Assembly (NCBI GenBank): GCA_964624275.1
Contig: CAZUXP010000002.1
Span: forward strand, 497-64,496
Source: an uncultured Methanosarcinales archaeon
Lineage (GTDB): Archaea > Nanobdellota > Nanobdellia > Woesearchaeales > DATGWN01
Reading direction: 5' to 3'
DNA length: 64,000 bases
Below are positions 1 to 10,098 of the stretch, in pieces; position 1 is the stretch's first letter, and each line of letters opens with the position of its first letter. Under the pieces are notes generated by a model. That model did not search any database. It saw only the letters and a list, made by a program, of their open reading frames with translations, and was not told the origin of the DNA. The position numbers and the translations under genes were made by a program.

Positions 1-1
1 T

Positions 2-133
2 CGGTTAACAACTATTTTTAGTGAGAAAATCGAATCATATTTATTTCCCGCTATTCTTTCACGTGTCAAAGAGTATGTAACAGCTACTGATGAGGCATTT
101 GGAAAAACAGATTCTTCACAGGATGAATCCTAA
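2..133 (+). CDS. 3' end of an upstream gene of unknown function (partial at window edge)
   Basis: Open frame running in from the window edge, ending at TAA 131-133. No recognisable motif. Confidence 0.2.
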   Translation, partial: RLTTIFSEKIESYLFPAILSRVKEYVTATDEAFGKTDSSQDES

Positions 134-179
134 TTTAATTTCGTACCTTTTATAAAAGATTTATTTTTACATACAAATC

Positions 180-1946
180 ATGGATTTTCAAACAATTACA
201 AGACAATTCGCTCTTTATTGGCGTTTTGCAAAAGAACACAAAACACGAATTTTCTTTATTTTAGTTTTTGCTGCTTTCATCGAATTATTCACACTTGGTG
301 AAAAATATGTTTTTAAATTTGTAATTGATGATGCAGCAGATTTTTTAGCAGAAAATATATCGCTTTCAGAATTTTATTCTGCAGTTTTGTTTACACTCGT
401 AATTTTTACGATCGTGATTTTAGTACGATTTTTTTGTATTTGGGTAAAAATTCACATTTCAAATATCTTTACTGCACAGCTTAAACAGAAACTTAAAGTT
501 GTTTTTTACAATCATATACTCGGATTATCCTATGATTTTCATACAACACATAAAAGTGGAATGTTAATTACACGTCTAAATAGGGGTGAACGTGCGATTG
601 AAGGAATAACAGAATCATTATTTGATAGTACCTTACCCATGCTTTTTCAAATACTTTTTGTTGTCGGCGCTGTATTTGTGTTACATTGGAGTTTATCGCT
701 TATAATGATTATAAGTATTATTATTTTATTAACCATAAATTTTTTCTTACAGAAAAAACAATTACCTAAACGTATTGAAGCAAATTTAGCTGAAGATGTT
801 GAAGGATCACACATTTCTGATTCGTTTACGAATATAGATACGATTAAATTATATGGAAAAGAATCGTTTATGCAAAATAAGTATTTTACTGTCACAACGA
901 ACACGAAAAAAAAGACGTTAAAGTGGGAACAATATTTTCGGTATTTTCAATCGATTAATATGACAATACCGTCATTGACTTTTATTGCGTTATTAGGTCT
1001 CTGTGCATATTTATTGACAATCGAACATGTAACAGTAGGGGATGTTGTATTTGTTCAGGCAGCTTTTTTTGGTTTAATTGGACCTCTTCGATATTTCATG
1101 TGGATGTTTCGAAATTTATACACTGGTTTAAGCGATTTATATACATTGTCCGAATATTTACACATTCAACAATCAGTTGCCGATAAAAAAAATGCGCTTC
1201 CGTTCACTGTGAAGAAAGGTTTGATTGAATTTGATTCAATACGGTTTAAATATAAGAAAACTCAAGTGTTACAAGATCTTTCATTAACTATTAAATCGGG
1301 TCAAAAAATTGCAATAATTGGTCATTCAGGGAGTGGTAAATCAACTTTGATAAAATTGTTATATCGTTTGTACGATGTTCAATCAGGAGATATACGTATT
1401 GATTCACAGTCGATTCGTGATGTCAAACAAGAAGAACTTCGTTCACAATTAAGTATCGTACCGCAAGAAGGTATTTTATTTGATGATACGTTATACAATA
1501 ATATTTTATTTGTTCGACCTTCTGCAAAAAGATTAGAAGTACTACAAGCAATCAAAGATGCACAACTTCAAAAAGTGATTGAAGCTTTTCCTCAAAAAGA
1601 AAAAACAATTGTGGGTGAGCGAGGTGTAAAACTCAGTGGTGGAGAACGACAACGAGTCGCAATTGCTCGTGCGTTACTTGCAAATAAAAAAATAGTAGTA
1701 TTAGATGAAGCTACATCGGCATTAGATTCACATACCGAACACGCTATTCAAAAAGCGCTAAAAAAAGTTTTAGAGAAAAAAACTGCTATAATTATTGCAC
1801 ATCGACTTTCAACTGTTATGAGTGCAGATAAAATTGTTGTATTACAAAACGGTTTGATATGTGAAGTCGGAACACACGAAGAACTTATAAATAAGAATGG
1901 TCTGTATACTCAATTATGGAACTTACAAAAAGGAGGGTATTTATGA
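180..1946 (+). CDS. ABC transporter, fused permease/ATP-binding protein (type I exporter)
   Basis: N-terminal 6-TM region; Walker A GHSGSGKST, ABC signature LSGGERQR, Walker B VVLDEATSALD, H-loop AHRLS. Confidence 0.9.
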   Translation: MDFQTITRQFALYWRFAKEHKTRIFFILVFAAFIELFTLGEKYVFKFVIDDAADFLAENISLSEFYSAVLFTLVIFTIVILVRFFCIWVKIHISNIFTAQLKQKLKVVFYNHILGLSYDFHTTHKSGMLITRLNRGERAIEGITESLFDSTLPMLFQILFVVGAVFVLHWSLSLIMIISIIILLTINFFLQKKQLPKRIEANLAEDVEGSHISDSFTNIDTIKLYGKESFMQNKYFTVTTNTKKKTLKWEQYFRYFQSINMTIPSLTFIALLGLCAYLLTIEHVTVGDVVFVQAAFFGLIGPLRYFMWMFRNLYTGLSDLYTLSEYLHIQQSVADKKNALPFTVKKGLIEFDSIRFKYKKTQVLQDLSLTIKSGQKIAIIGHSGSGKSTLIKLLYRLYDVQSGDIRIDSQSIRDVKQEELRSQLSIVPQEGILFDDTLYNNILFVRPSAKRLEVLQAIKDAQLQKVIEAFPQKEKTIVGERGVKLSGGERQRVAIARALLANKKIVVLDEATSALDSHTEHAIQKALKKVLEKKTAIIIAHRLSTVMSADKIVVLQNGLICEVGTHEELINKNGLYTQLWNLQKGGYL

Positions 1947-2037
1947 TAAAAAAAACACGAATATATCAAGCGCTGTACGTATTAATATTATTGGGTCTTC
2001 TGACTATTAGTGCATCATTAGTTGCAAGAATGGCATA

Positions 2038-2790
2038 ATGAAAATACAGAAAATTTGGTTTGAGAATAATAAAAAACAAAAACTGGTTGGTTACGTTCAT
2101 GTACCTAAATCATATATTCATGCGTACGTTCATCTTCATGGTTTTCCAGGTGATTGTGAAGGTTCAGCTAAACGATTTTGTACTCAAATGGCTAAGAGGG
2201 GTTTTCTTTCGTTTCGATTTAATTTTCATGGTTCGCTTGATTCTCAAGGTGATTTTAGCCAAAAACTTATGAGCCAAGAAGTCAGAGACATCAGATATGC
2301 AATTGATTTTTTACAAAAAAATTATACTTTTTCTAAACTCATATTATTTGGACATTCTACTGGTGCAATTGATGCATCATTATATGCGTTTAAAGATAAA
2401 CGTGTGACAGTTTTAGGAATAAGTGGAGGCGTGAGTGATTTAAAAAAAGCTGTGAATTATGATTTTACGAGTTTACAAGTCAAGTCATTTTGGGAAAAAG
2501 GATATATAATCTATAACCGACCTGGTAGCTGGGTTTATAGAAAAAAATTATTAAAACCATTTTATGATGAATTTTTTACACTCAATATTCAACGCGCATT
2601 GCAAAAATTCAATGGAAAAACAATGGTTGTACACGGGCAAAAAGATTCTGCTGTTCCAGTTGAAAATGCATATGAAATTTATGCACTTGTACAAAAACCA
2701 AAAAAGTTGTTAGTATTACCAAATGCAGATCATAAATATACTGTTACACAAGTTTCAATTGTTTGCGATTCGTTAGTTAGATTTTTGTAA
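2038..2790 (+). CDS. alpha/beta-fold hydrolase
   Basis: HGFPG oxyanion-region motif and nucleophile elbow GHSTG. The 250-aa size fits a small serine hydrolase. Confidence 0.6.
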   Translation: MKIQKIWFENNKKQKLVGYVHVPKSYIHAYVHLHGFPGDCEGSAKRFCTQMAKRGFLSFRFNFHGSLDSQGDFSQKLMSQEVRDIRYAIDFLQKNYTFSKLILFGHSTGAIDASLYAFKDKRVTVLGISGGVSDLKKAVNYDFTSLQVKSFWEKGYIIYNRPGSWVYRKKLLKPFYDEFFTLNIQRALQKFNGKTMVVHGQKDSAVPVENAYEIYALVQKPKKLLVLPNADHKYTVTQVSIVCDSLVRFL

Positions 2791-3891
2791 TGGTTGCTGT
2801 TTCTTATTTATTTGCCTTTTCTCACATAATTCGTAATAATCCCGTGTTGTTTTGTTTGAAATTCCGACTTTTGGTGTTTTTTTAATATAATCCATTACAG
2901 TAATTGGTTTTTTTTCGATGCAAAGTTCATGAAATTTTTCAAAATCTATCCATGTGTGCCAAACATCATTTATTCGAAATTTTTTTTGTGCAAGTAATAC
3001 AACATTTGATGCAACATGTTCGCTCATTAATTCATATTCTAAAAGATGTTCCGATATTTTGTAAGCCCAATTTCTGACATCTTCATGGGTAGGCATATGT
3101 TCTTTAGTGAGTCTTTCTCGAGATTCACCAACAAACATATATCCTTTGATTTCAATGAAATCCGGATTTGCAAGCTTAATGAGTTTGGCGTAATCTTTTT
3201 CATTCACATCGTTTAATCCTTTAATCATTGTTAAACGGATTGTTGTTCGATGTGTTTTTTGCGACAAATATTCAAGACTTAAAAGTAGTCTTTCCCAATA
3301 ATCTGCAAAGAGTGGAACATCAACAATTTTGAGTAATTCTTTTGTTGGTGCATCAAGACTGATATAAAGTTGTGTGACTGGTGCAAGATCTTTTATTGAT
3401 TCTGGATACTGGGCATTTGTAACAAGAAAGGTTGAGATATGTTCTTCGTGGCATAATTGAAGTAATTCGTTTATTCTTGGATACATAATTGGCTCTCCAG
3501 TGAGTGAGAGTGCAACATGTTTCACAGTTTGTGATTTTTTATAAAGTACTTGATTAGCATTTTTTGAATCTTTAAAACCACATAAACGTTTGTGGTGTGC
3601 TTTGAGCGCATCTTCAAGTATTAATACAGGATTATCCACACCCCATTTCCATTCTTTAGACACTGGTGCTTTATATCCTCTCCAGCAAAATGAACATCGA
3701 TTCGCACAACTAATTGAAGTAGTCATTTGCATACATTGATTACTCATAATACCATAAAAAGTGAGTTTGTAACAACCGCCTTGTCCATTAATCATATTTT
3801 TAGTCCAGCCGCATACTTTTACCGCACTGTGCTCACCAATAAGACTATAATGTTGTTTTTCAAGTTCTTTTTTTGCTGATTCATTTAACAT
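2773..3891 (-). CDS. taw1: radical-SAM enzyme, probable tRNA 4-demethylwyosine synthase (Taw1/TYW1-like)
   Basis: CxxxCxxC cluster motif (CANRCSFCWRG); N-terminal HSAVKVCGW...CYKLTFYGI and SLTGEPIMYP resemble the TYW1 family. Confidence 0.6.
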   Translation of the reverse strand: MLNESAKKELEKQHYSLIGEHSAVKVCGWTKNMINGQGGCYKLTFYGIMSNQCMQMTTSISCANRCSFCWRGYKAPVSKEWKWGVDNPVLILEDALKAHHKRLCGFKDSKNANQVLYKKSQTVKHVALSLTGEPIMYPRINELLQLCHEEHISTFLVTNAQYPESIKDLAPVTQLYISLDAPTKELLKIVDVPLFADYWERLLLSLEYLSQKTHRTTIRLTMIKGLNDVNEKDYAKLIKLANPDFIEIKGYMFVGESRERLTKEHMPTHEDVRNWAYKISEHLLEYELMSEHVASNVVLLAQKKFRINDVWHTWIDFEKFHELCIEKKPITVMDYIKKTPKVGISNKTTRDYYELCEKRQINKKQQPLQKSN

Positions 3892-3970
3892 ATTTTTCTA
3901 AAAAAACTTCTGACATAAAAATATTGTGTTTAAAATGCAAACATTCAAAAACTAATACTGCGTATTAAGT

Positions 3971-4462
3971 ATGATTATGAGAGAATCATTTTTAAAAGGG
4001 TTAGGCTTTGGTGTTACATCAGGTGTTGTAACAACTGTTGGACTACTCATGGGTCTGGCTGCAAGTACTCAAGCAATTATTCCCGTAGTCAGTGGAATCC
4101 TTATTATTGCCGTTGCTGATTCTTTATCAGATTCATTTGGTATATATGTCGAAGAAGAGTCTACAAATGGCAATTCTCTTGCTCAAATAAAAGAAGCAGC
4201 ATATGCGACATTTGTTGCAAAATTCTTTGTTGCAATTTCATTCATCTCATTTTTTATATTTTTCCCATTAAAATTAGCTGTTTTTATCAGTGTTATATGG
4301 GGTTTGACGTTAAGCGGTATATTTAGCTTGTATCTCGCAGGAATCAAAGGCAAAAAAAGAATACCTTTTGCACTAACACATGTTGCATTAACACTTTTTG
4401 TCATACTTTTATCCCATTATATTGGAACTTTTATTAATGTGTTTTTCACAATATATGGATGA
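3971..4462 (+). CDS. integral membrane protein (weak resemblance to the VIT1/CCC1 half-fold)
   Basis: Four or five predicted TM helices; an AVADSLSDSFGIYVEEES segment resembles the AGAiSMalGEYvS region of VIT proteins. Confidence 0.3.
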   Translation: MIMRESFLKGLGFGVTSGVVTTVGLLMGLAASTQAIIPVVSGILIIAVADSLSDSFGIYVEEESTNGNSLAQIKEAAYATFVAKFFVAISFISFFIFFPLKLAVFISVIWGLTLSGIFSLYLAGIKGKKRIPFALTHVALTLFVILLSHYIGTFINVFFTIYG

Positions 4463-4525
4463 AGATGTGTACTCACTAAATAATAGAAACATTTATAAAC
4501 ATCTTATAATTAACTACTCATTATC

Positions 4526-5302
4526 ATGAGAAAAATACAAATTTCAATGTTATTAGCGCAACTTTTTGCGATGGTTTTTGTACTTGGTACGATTACGACA
4601 TTAGGTGAAACGTCCCTCTTTTTACAGCTTTTATTTATTCCAATTTATGCTGTTTTATTATTATTATCATTTATCGGAAATACTCGAAGTATGATAGCCT
4701 CGGCGGGAGTATTTACAATCGTATTATTATTAAACGTAATTTACTTAATTGTAACTAACATTACGCTATATACTATCGGATTGATGCTTGTAGCATTATA
4801 TTTGATGTTAAGTTTTTTATTTGCATCATTAATTCCAACTCGAAAAATTGAACAAGAAGTTGTAGTTGAGCCAATTCGTCCACAAAAAATTTCAAGTCAA
4901 CAGCAAAATGAAGTTTCAACAAAGCAGAATAATCTCGAACAACCAAAAGTTGTTGTTTACAAAGCAAAACCAGCGAAAAAAGTTGTGAAAAAAGCTCCGA
5001 AGAAAAAAGCTCCGAAGAAAAAAGTTGCAAAGAAAGTCGCTAAAAAGAAAGTTGCAAAGAAAAAAGTAGCGAAGAAAAAAACCGTGAAAAAATCAGTAGC
5101 GAGAAAATCAGCGAAAAAAGTTGTGAAAAAACCAACTCAAAAAAAAACCGTGAAAAAATCAGTAACGAAAAAACCAACTCAAAAAAAAACCGTAAAAAAA
5201 TCAGTAACGAAAAAACCAGCGAAAAAAGTTGCGAAAAAAACAACGCAAAAGGTTGTGGATACTGAAGACGGAAAACAAATCGTCATTAATATTCAGAATT
5301 AA
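4526..5302 (+). CDS. membrane protein with a C-terminal lysine-rich tandem-repeat (histone H1-like) tail
   Basis: N-terminal ~110 aa has 3-4 TM helices. The C-terminal ~110 aa is (KKxAKK)n with a perfect KKPTQKKTVKKSVT duplication. Confidence 0.6.
   Translation: MRKIQISMLLAQLFAMVFVLGTITTLGETSLFLQLLFIPIYAVLLLLSFIGNTRSMIASAGVFTIVLLLNVIYLIVTNITLYTIGLMLVALYLMLSFLFASLIPTRKIEQEVVVEPIRPQKISSQQQNEVSTKQNNLEQPKVVVYKAKPAKKVVKKAPKKKAPKKKVAKKVAKKKVAKKKVAKKKTVKKSVARKSAKKVVKKPTQKKTVKKSVTKKPTQKKTVKKSVTKKPAKKVAKKTTQKVVDTEDGKQIVINIQN
4976..5261 (+). repeat. in-frame tandem repeat encoding the KK-rich tail (about 42-bp units)
   Basis: Direct repetition of ...aaaaaaccaactcaaaaaaaaaccgt(g/a)aaaaaatcagtaacgaaa... 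within the CDS. Confidence 0.6.
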
Positions 5303-5798
5303 TTTTTTTCTTTTTTTTCTTAAGTGAAAAACGAAGTATGTTTGTTTCTTTTTGCAATATTAACAAAATAACTCCAAAAGTAATTGCGATGTCTGCGATA
5401 TTAAATATCGCAAAAAATGGTATTGAAAAAAAATCAACGACACCTAAATCATAAACAAGTCTGTCAACCAAATTACCAATAGCGCCACCTAAAATCAAAC
5501 CTAAACTGAAATAGTATTTTGGATGTACTTTTGAAAATGAGTATAGTATAAAAAGTATAATTGCACTTACTAAAAGTGTGATTACCCATTGGTGATTTGC
5601 AAAGAATCCAAAAGCGACTCCAGAATTCCACGCAAAGTGAAGATATAATACATTTGGTATTAGTGATATGGGAGATTCTCCTTTAAGATAAAGTAATGCG
5701 AGTTCTTTAGATACTCTATCGATTAATACAATAATGCTTATAATAATGCAAACAAAGAATAGTGTTTGTTTTTTCTGAATCATTTCATATATTACCAA
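5286..5798 (-). CDS. lspA: lipoprotein signal peptidase (signal peptidase II)
   Basis: All LspA signature blocks are present: NSGVAFGFF, GGAIGNLVDRLVYDLGVVDF and FNIADIAITFGVILLIL, with 4 TM helices. The true start is probably the internal Met at about 5783. Confidence 0.8.
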   Translation of the reverse strand: MVIYEMIQKKQTLFFVCIIISIIVLIDRVSKELALLYLKGESPISLIPNVLYLHFAWNSGVAFGFFANHQWVITLLVSAIILFILYSFSKVHPKYYFSLGLILGGAIGNLVDRLVYDLGVVDFFSIPFFAIFNIADIAITFGVILLILQKETNILRFSLKKKKKKINSEY

Positions 5799-6199
5799 TA
5801 TTGTTTTTGTTCAGGATGAGCCGTTGTTTTGAGTTGTTGTTCAATATTTGATACTCTGTGATTCAGATTTTGTAGTTCTGAACGAATCAATTCTAATCGA
5901 GATAAAATAAGCTCAACGTCTCTTGTAGTGATTTGTGTCTCGTTTTGATGTGTTTGTTGTTCAATTGGTTGATTTTGTGATTGTGTATTTTGTGAACTAA
6001 ATGATGATTGCATATTGTGTAATTCAGGCATTTCAAAATTAGCTGAGTTATCAGTAAATGGATTAGAGCTGAGGTGATTAGATTGTTGTTTTGCATCATC
6101 ATTAAATGGATCGGACGATTGTAATGGGTCTTTTGCAGTTGAAAAATCACTATCAAAATTTTTATCGTCATGCTTCCAAAATTTTAGATTATCAAACAT
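5792..6199 (-). CDS. hypothetical Q/S/N-rich protein with a C-terminal coiled coil
   Basis: Long ORF with good coding potential. Low-complexity N-terminal half, then a heptad-like ELILSRLELIRSELQNL segment. Confidence 0.45.
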   Translation of the reverse strand: MFDNLKFWKHDDKNFDSDFSTAKDPLQSSDPFNDDAKQQSNHLSSNPFTDNSANFEMPELHNMQSSFSSQNTQSQNQPIEQQTHQNETQITTRDVELILSRLELIRSELQNLNHRVSNIEQQLKTTAHPEQKQYW

Positions 6200-6392
6200 A
6201 GTTACCTCTTTTAGTATGAAAATACTTTGTTCATTTAAAAATATTTATGTTTTACAGACTTTGTCCTAATTTTCAAAATATATGAATAGTAAAATATGTT
6301 AACTCATCAAATTACGTTTTTTGTATTACAATAATCAAGTCATGTTTGCACATTTTCAAGCTAATTTTTGAGATACGGTCTATTTTATATTT

Positions 6393-7025
6393 TTGACACA
6401 AACATTTTATATATCAGATTTATACTTCTATCATGTTATGGCAGATATAAATGTCCTTTTAGAAACAACAAATACAACTTCGTCGATTAATTCGTTTACA
6501 GATATTTTATTTAATGTAGTTGTTACAAATGTAACACTCGCTTTGCTCATCATTGTAATTGGTTTATTTACGGGTCAATTAATTAAAAAATTAATATTAA
6601 AATTTTTTAAAGAGTTTCATATCAATGAAATTATCTATTCAACAAATGTTATTCAAACAAAAATAGATGAATTAGTTGCATCTATTGTTGCATGGTTTAT
6701 ATATGTGTTTGCAATCTTATTTTCATTGCGTCAATTAGGTTTAGCAACGGTTATTGTAAACATTATTTTTGCATTTATTTTGCTCATAATTTTAGTGCTT
6801 ATATTCTTAAGTTTTAAAGACTTTATACCAAATTTATTAGCCGGCCTGATAATTCATAAAAAAAAATATATGAAAAAAAATGATGAGATATCACTTCACC
6901 TTGTGAAAGGAAAGGTCGAAACAGTTGATTTATTACATACGCATATTATAACAAGAAAGGGAGATTCGATTCGGGTTCCAAATTCGTATATAATCAAACA
7001 TCGATTAACTGTTAAAAAAACATAA
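6393..7025 (+). CDS. small MscS-like mechanosensitive channel protein
   Basis: Three TM helices followed by GKVETVDLLHTHIITRKGDSIRVPNSYI, which matches the MscS beta-domain motif (T.i.t.dg..i.iPNs). Confidence 0.5.
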   Translation: MTQTFYISDLYFYHVMADINVLLETTNTTSSINSFTDILFNVVVTNVTLALLIIVIGLFTGQLIKKLILKFFKEFHINEIIYSTNVIQTKIDELVASIVAWFIYVFAILFSLRQLGLATVIVNIIFAFILLIILVLIFLSFKDFIPNLLAGLIIHKKKYMKKNDEISLHLVKGKVETVDLLHTHIITRKGDSIRVPNSYIIKHRLTVKKT

Positions 7026-7050
7026 TTTTTCATTTAAAAGTGATTCTAAA

Positions 7051-7062
7051 CTTTTATATACC
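7051..7062 (+). promoter_or_regulatory. candidate TATA box for ppsA (cttttatatacc); SD-like aagaggt sits 6 nt before the ATG
   Basis: AT-rich TATA-like element about 70 nt upstream of the 7121 start, plus an AGGTG-type ribosome-binding site. Confidence 0.25.
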
Positions 7063-7120
7063 TCTAAATTCATTTTTTTATACTCGATTTAAAAACATTG
7101 AGAAAAAGAGGTAGATTTTT

Positions 7121-9535
7121 ATGAATAAAGATACAAAATTCATTCTTTGGTTTGATCAACTTGGCATTGAAGACGTTCCGCTTGTAGGTGGAAAAAACGC
7201 ATCCTTAGGTGAGATGTATAAGGAATTAACTGCAAAAGGTGTAAAGGTTCCAAATGGGTTTGCAATTACCGCACATGCATACAGATATTTACTTGAGCAA
7301 ACAAACGCGATTGACAAAATTCGCGATATATTATCAGATTTAGATACATCTAATATGGATAATTTAGCTGAACGCGGTGAAAAAGTTCGATATCTAATTC
7401 AGCATTTAGAATTTCCAGATGACTTACGTGATGCAATATATATAGAATATGAAAATCTTTCAAAATCATATGATAAAGAGTTTGTTGATGTTGCAGTAAG
7501 AAGTTCAGCAACAGCTGAAGATTTACCTGATGCTTCATTTGCAGGTCAGCAAGAAACATATTTAAATATTCGAGGAAAAGAATCACTTATTCTTGCATGT
7601 AAAAAATGTTTCGCGTCTTTGTTTACAAATCGGGCAATTTCATATCGAGTTGATAAAAATTTCGATCATTTCTCAATTGCATTATCAATAACAATCCAAA
7701 AAATGGCGCGTTCAGATTTAGCATCAAGTGGTGTAATGTTTTCACTTGATACAGAATCCGGTTTTAAAGACGTAAGTTTTATTACGTCGGCGTATGGTTT
7801 AGGAGAAAATGTCGTGCAAGGTGCTGTGAACCCTGACGAATTCTATGTTTTTAAACCAACATTAAAAGAAGGTTATCGTTCAATTATTTCAAAAACATGC
7901 GGTGAGAAAGCAATTAAAATGATATATACGCATGATATCAAGAATCCTGTGAAAAATGTTGCAGTTGCACCGGAAGATCAAAAAAAATTCTCGATAACTG
8001 ATGATGAAATTTTAAAATTAGCCGAATGGTCAGCAATTATTGAAGATCATTATTCTCAAAAAGCAGGACATCATAAACCAATGGATATGGAGTGGGCAAA
8101 AGATGGTGAGAGTGGCGAATTATTTATTGTACAAGCTCGACCTGAAACAGTTCATTCACAAAAAGATGTCAGTAAATTAACTAAATCTGTTTTAAAAGAA
8201 AAAGGAAATGTTATTTTAAAAGGTAAATCAGTTGGTGAATTAATTGGTGCTGGTGATGTAAATGTCATTAAAGATGTACACAATATTAGTCAATTCAAAA
8301 AAGGTCAAATACTTGTAACTGATATGACTGATCCTGACTGGGAACCGATAATGAAAATTGCATCAGCAATTGTGACAAATCGTGGTGGAAGAACATGTCA
8401 CGCCGCTATTATTTCACGTGAACTTGGGATACCATGTGTTGTTGGAACATCTAATGGGAGTGAAACACTCAAAAACGGACAAAAAGTAACAGTTGACTGT
8501 TCGCAAGGTGATGATGGATATATCTATGACGGTTTATTACACTTTGATATTGAAACTGTTGATTTAGGTGAACTTCCAAAACTCAACACAAAAATAATGA
8601 TGAATTTAGCAAATCCTGAACAAGCATTTGAACAGTCATTCATTCCAAATGAGGGAGTTGGACTTGCACGTGAAGAATTCATAATTAACACTTCGGTTAA
8701 AGTTCATCCATTAGCGTTGATGAATTATGATTCGTTAGAAGATGAAGAGTTAAAGCAGACGATTGCAGATCACACACATGGATATGCTGATAAGACTCAA
8801 TTTTTTATCGATAAATTAGCTGAAGGAGTTGGAAGACTCTGTGCAGCGTTTTATCCAAAACCCGTAATTTTGCGTTTTTCAGATTTTAAAACAAATGAAT
8901 ATGCAAACCTAATTGGTGGAAAAGCGTATGAGCCAAAAGAAGATAATCCAATGATTGGATGGCGGGGAGCATCGCGTTACTATGATCCAAAATATAAAGC
9001 GGCATTTGGTTTAGAATGTGAAGCAGTAAAAAAAGTTCGAAATGAAATGGGTCTCAAAAATTTAAAAGTTATGATTCCATTTTGTCGAACAGTTGATGAA
9101 GCTAAAAAAGTTATTGGCGTAATGAATGAATACGGACTTAAGCAAGGAGATGATGGATTCCAAGTAATGGGTATGTGTGAAATTCCTTCTAATGTATTAT
9201 TGGCTGAAGAATTCTTAGACATCTATGATGGATATAGTCTTGGAACTAACGATTTAACGCAATTAATACTTGGTGTTGATAGGGATTCAGAACTTGTTGC
9301 ACATGTGTATGATGAGCGAAATGATGCAGTAAAAAAGATGGTTAAACAAGTAATTGAGATTGCAAATAAAAAAGGTAAATATATTGGTATTTGTGGTCAA
9401 GCACCATCTGATTATATTGAGTTTGCAGAATTTGTTGTTGAATGCGGAATTCAAACAATGAGTTTAAACCCCGATACGGTTATTAAGACTTGGTATAAAA
9501 TTGCAGAAGTTGAAAAACACGTTAATAAACAATAG
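7121..9535 (+). CDS. ppsA: phosphoenolpyruvate synthase (pyruvate, water dikinase)
   Basis: Full 804-aa PEP-utilising enzyme architecture: catalytic His region GGRTCHAAIISRELGIPCVVG and a C-terminal PEP-binding TIM-barrel block. Confidence 0.9.
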   Translation: MNKDTKFILWFDQLGIEDVPLVGGKNASLGEMYKELTAKGVKVPNGFAITAHAYRYLLEQTNAIDKIRDILSDLDTSNMDNLAERGEKVRYLIQHLEFPDDLRDAIYIEYENLSKSYDKEFVDVAVRSSATAEDLPDASFAGQQETYLNIRGKESLILACKKCFASLFTNRAISYRVDKNFDHFSIALSITIQKMARSDLASSGVMFSLDTESGFKDVSFITSAYGLGENVVQGAVNPDEFYVFKPTLKEGYRSIISKTCGEKAIKMIYTHDIKNPVKNVAVAPEDQKKFSITDDEILKLAEWSAIIEDHYSQKAGHHKPMDMEWAKDGESGELFIVQARPETVHSQKDVSKLTKSVLKEKGNVILKGKSVGELIGAGDVNVIKDVHNISQFKKGQILVTDMTDPDWEPIMKIASAIVTNRGGRTCHAAIISRELGIPCVVGTSNGSETLKNGQKVTVDCSQGDDGYIYDGLLHFDIETVDLGELPKLNTKIMMNLANPEQAFEQSFIPNEGVGLAREEFIINTSVKVHPLALMNYDSLEDEELKQTIADHTHGYADKTQFFIDKLAEGVGRLCAAFYPKPVILRFSDFKTNEYANLIGGKAYEPKEDNPMIGWRGASRYYDPKYKAAFGLECEAVKKVRNEMGLKNLKVMIPFCRTVDEAKKVIGVMNEYGLKQGDDGFQVMGMCEIPSNVLLAEEFLDIYDGYSLGTNDLTQLILGVDRDSELVAHVYDERNDAVKKMVKQVIEIANKKGKYIGICGQAPSDYIEFAEFVVECGIQTMSLNPDTVIKTWYKIAEVEKHVNKQ

Positions 9536-9547
9536 AGGGCAGAAGCC

Positions 9548-10098
9548 CTATTTTTTTTCTTTTTCTAAAAATGTTGTTACTTTATTTCTGAGATTTTCTA
9601 AATTAGAATTGTTGTGTATGATGTAGTTTGCTTTTTGAAAACAAATTTTAGTTTGTTGTCTTTTTATATTTGGGTGAATTCCTTTATCGATATCATCAAT
9701 AAGTTTGAATTCATCGAGATTATTTGGATCATTTTCTCTATTTCGTGTAATAATTCTTTGTGCTCTTACTTTAAATGATGCATCTAAACCTATGAGAACA
9801 AAGTATGGGAGTGTTTGAAAAAAATTAATTTCTGCGACATTTCTTATTCCTTCTATAACGTAATGTGAATTAGGTTTAAGTGATTTTGCAATTCGTTTAG
9901 CCCAATAATCCCCCCATATTTTTTAACTTTTTCATATCCGATTTTTTGGAGATTTTTACGATTAAGTGTAATATGTTGATTCATCGCTTCTTTTCGAACC
10001 TCATCACCAAATGATTTTTTTTCAAATCCATTTTCAATAAAAATTTTAGCAAGCTCTGTTTTTCCTGATCCGATAAATCCTGTTATACCAATTATCAT
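9548..10098 (-). pseudogene. P-loop nucleotide kinase (dephospho-CoA kinase-like), frame broken at a G6 homopolymer
   Basis: N-terminal ORF carries the P-loop IGITGFIGSGKTE. The C-terminal 110 aa continue in the +1 frame straight after the C6/G6 run at 9910-9915 (...VIEGIRNVAEINFF...). Either a true pseudogene or a homopolymer sequencing error. Confidence 0.5.

Noticed and set aside
647-904. Antisense or overlapping short ORFs inside larger genes (for example 647-904, 2060-2272, 4183-4404, 4773-5243, 7350-7586, 8980-9222, 14310-14564, 54756-56204 and many others)
   Set aside because: Each is fully embedded in a longer ORF with clear family motifs. The 54756-56204 set is an artefact of the repetitive DUF285 coding repeats on the opposite strand.
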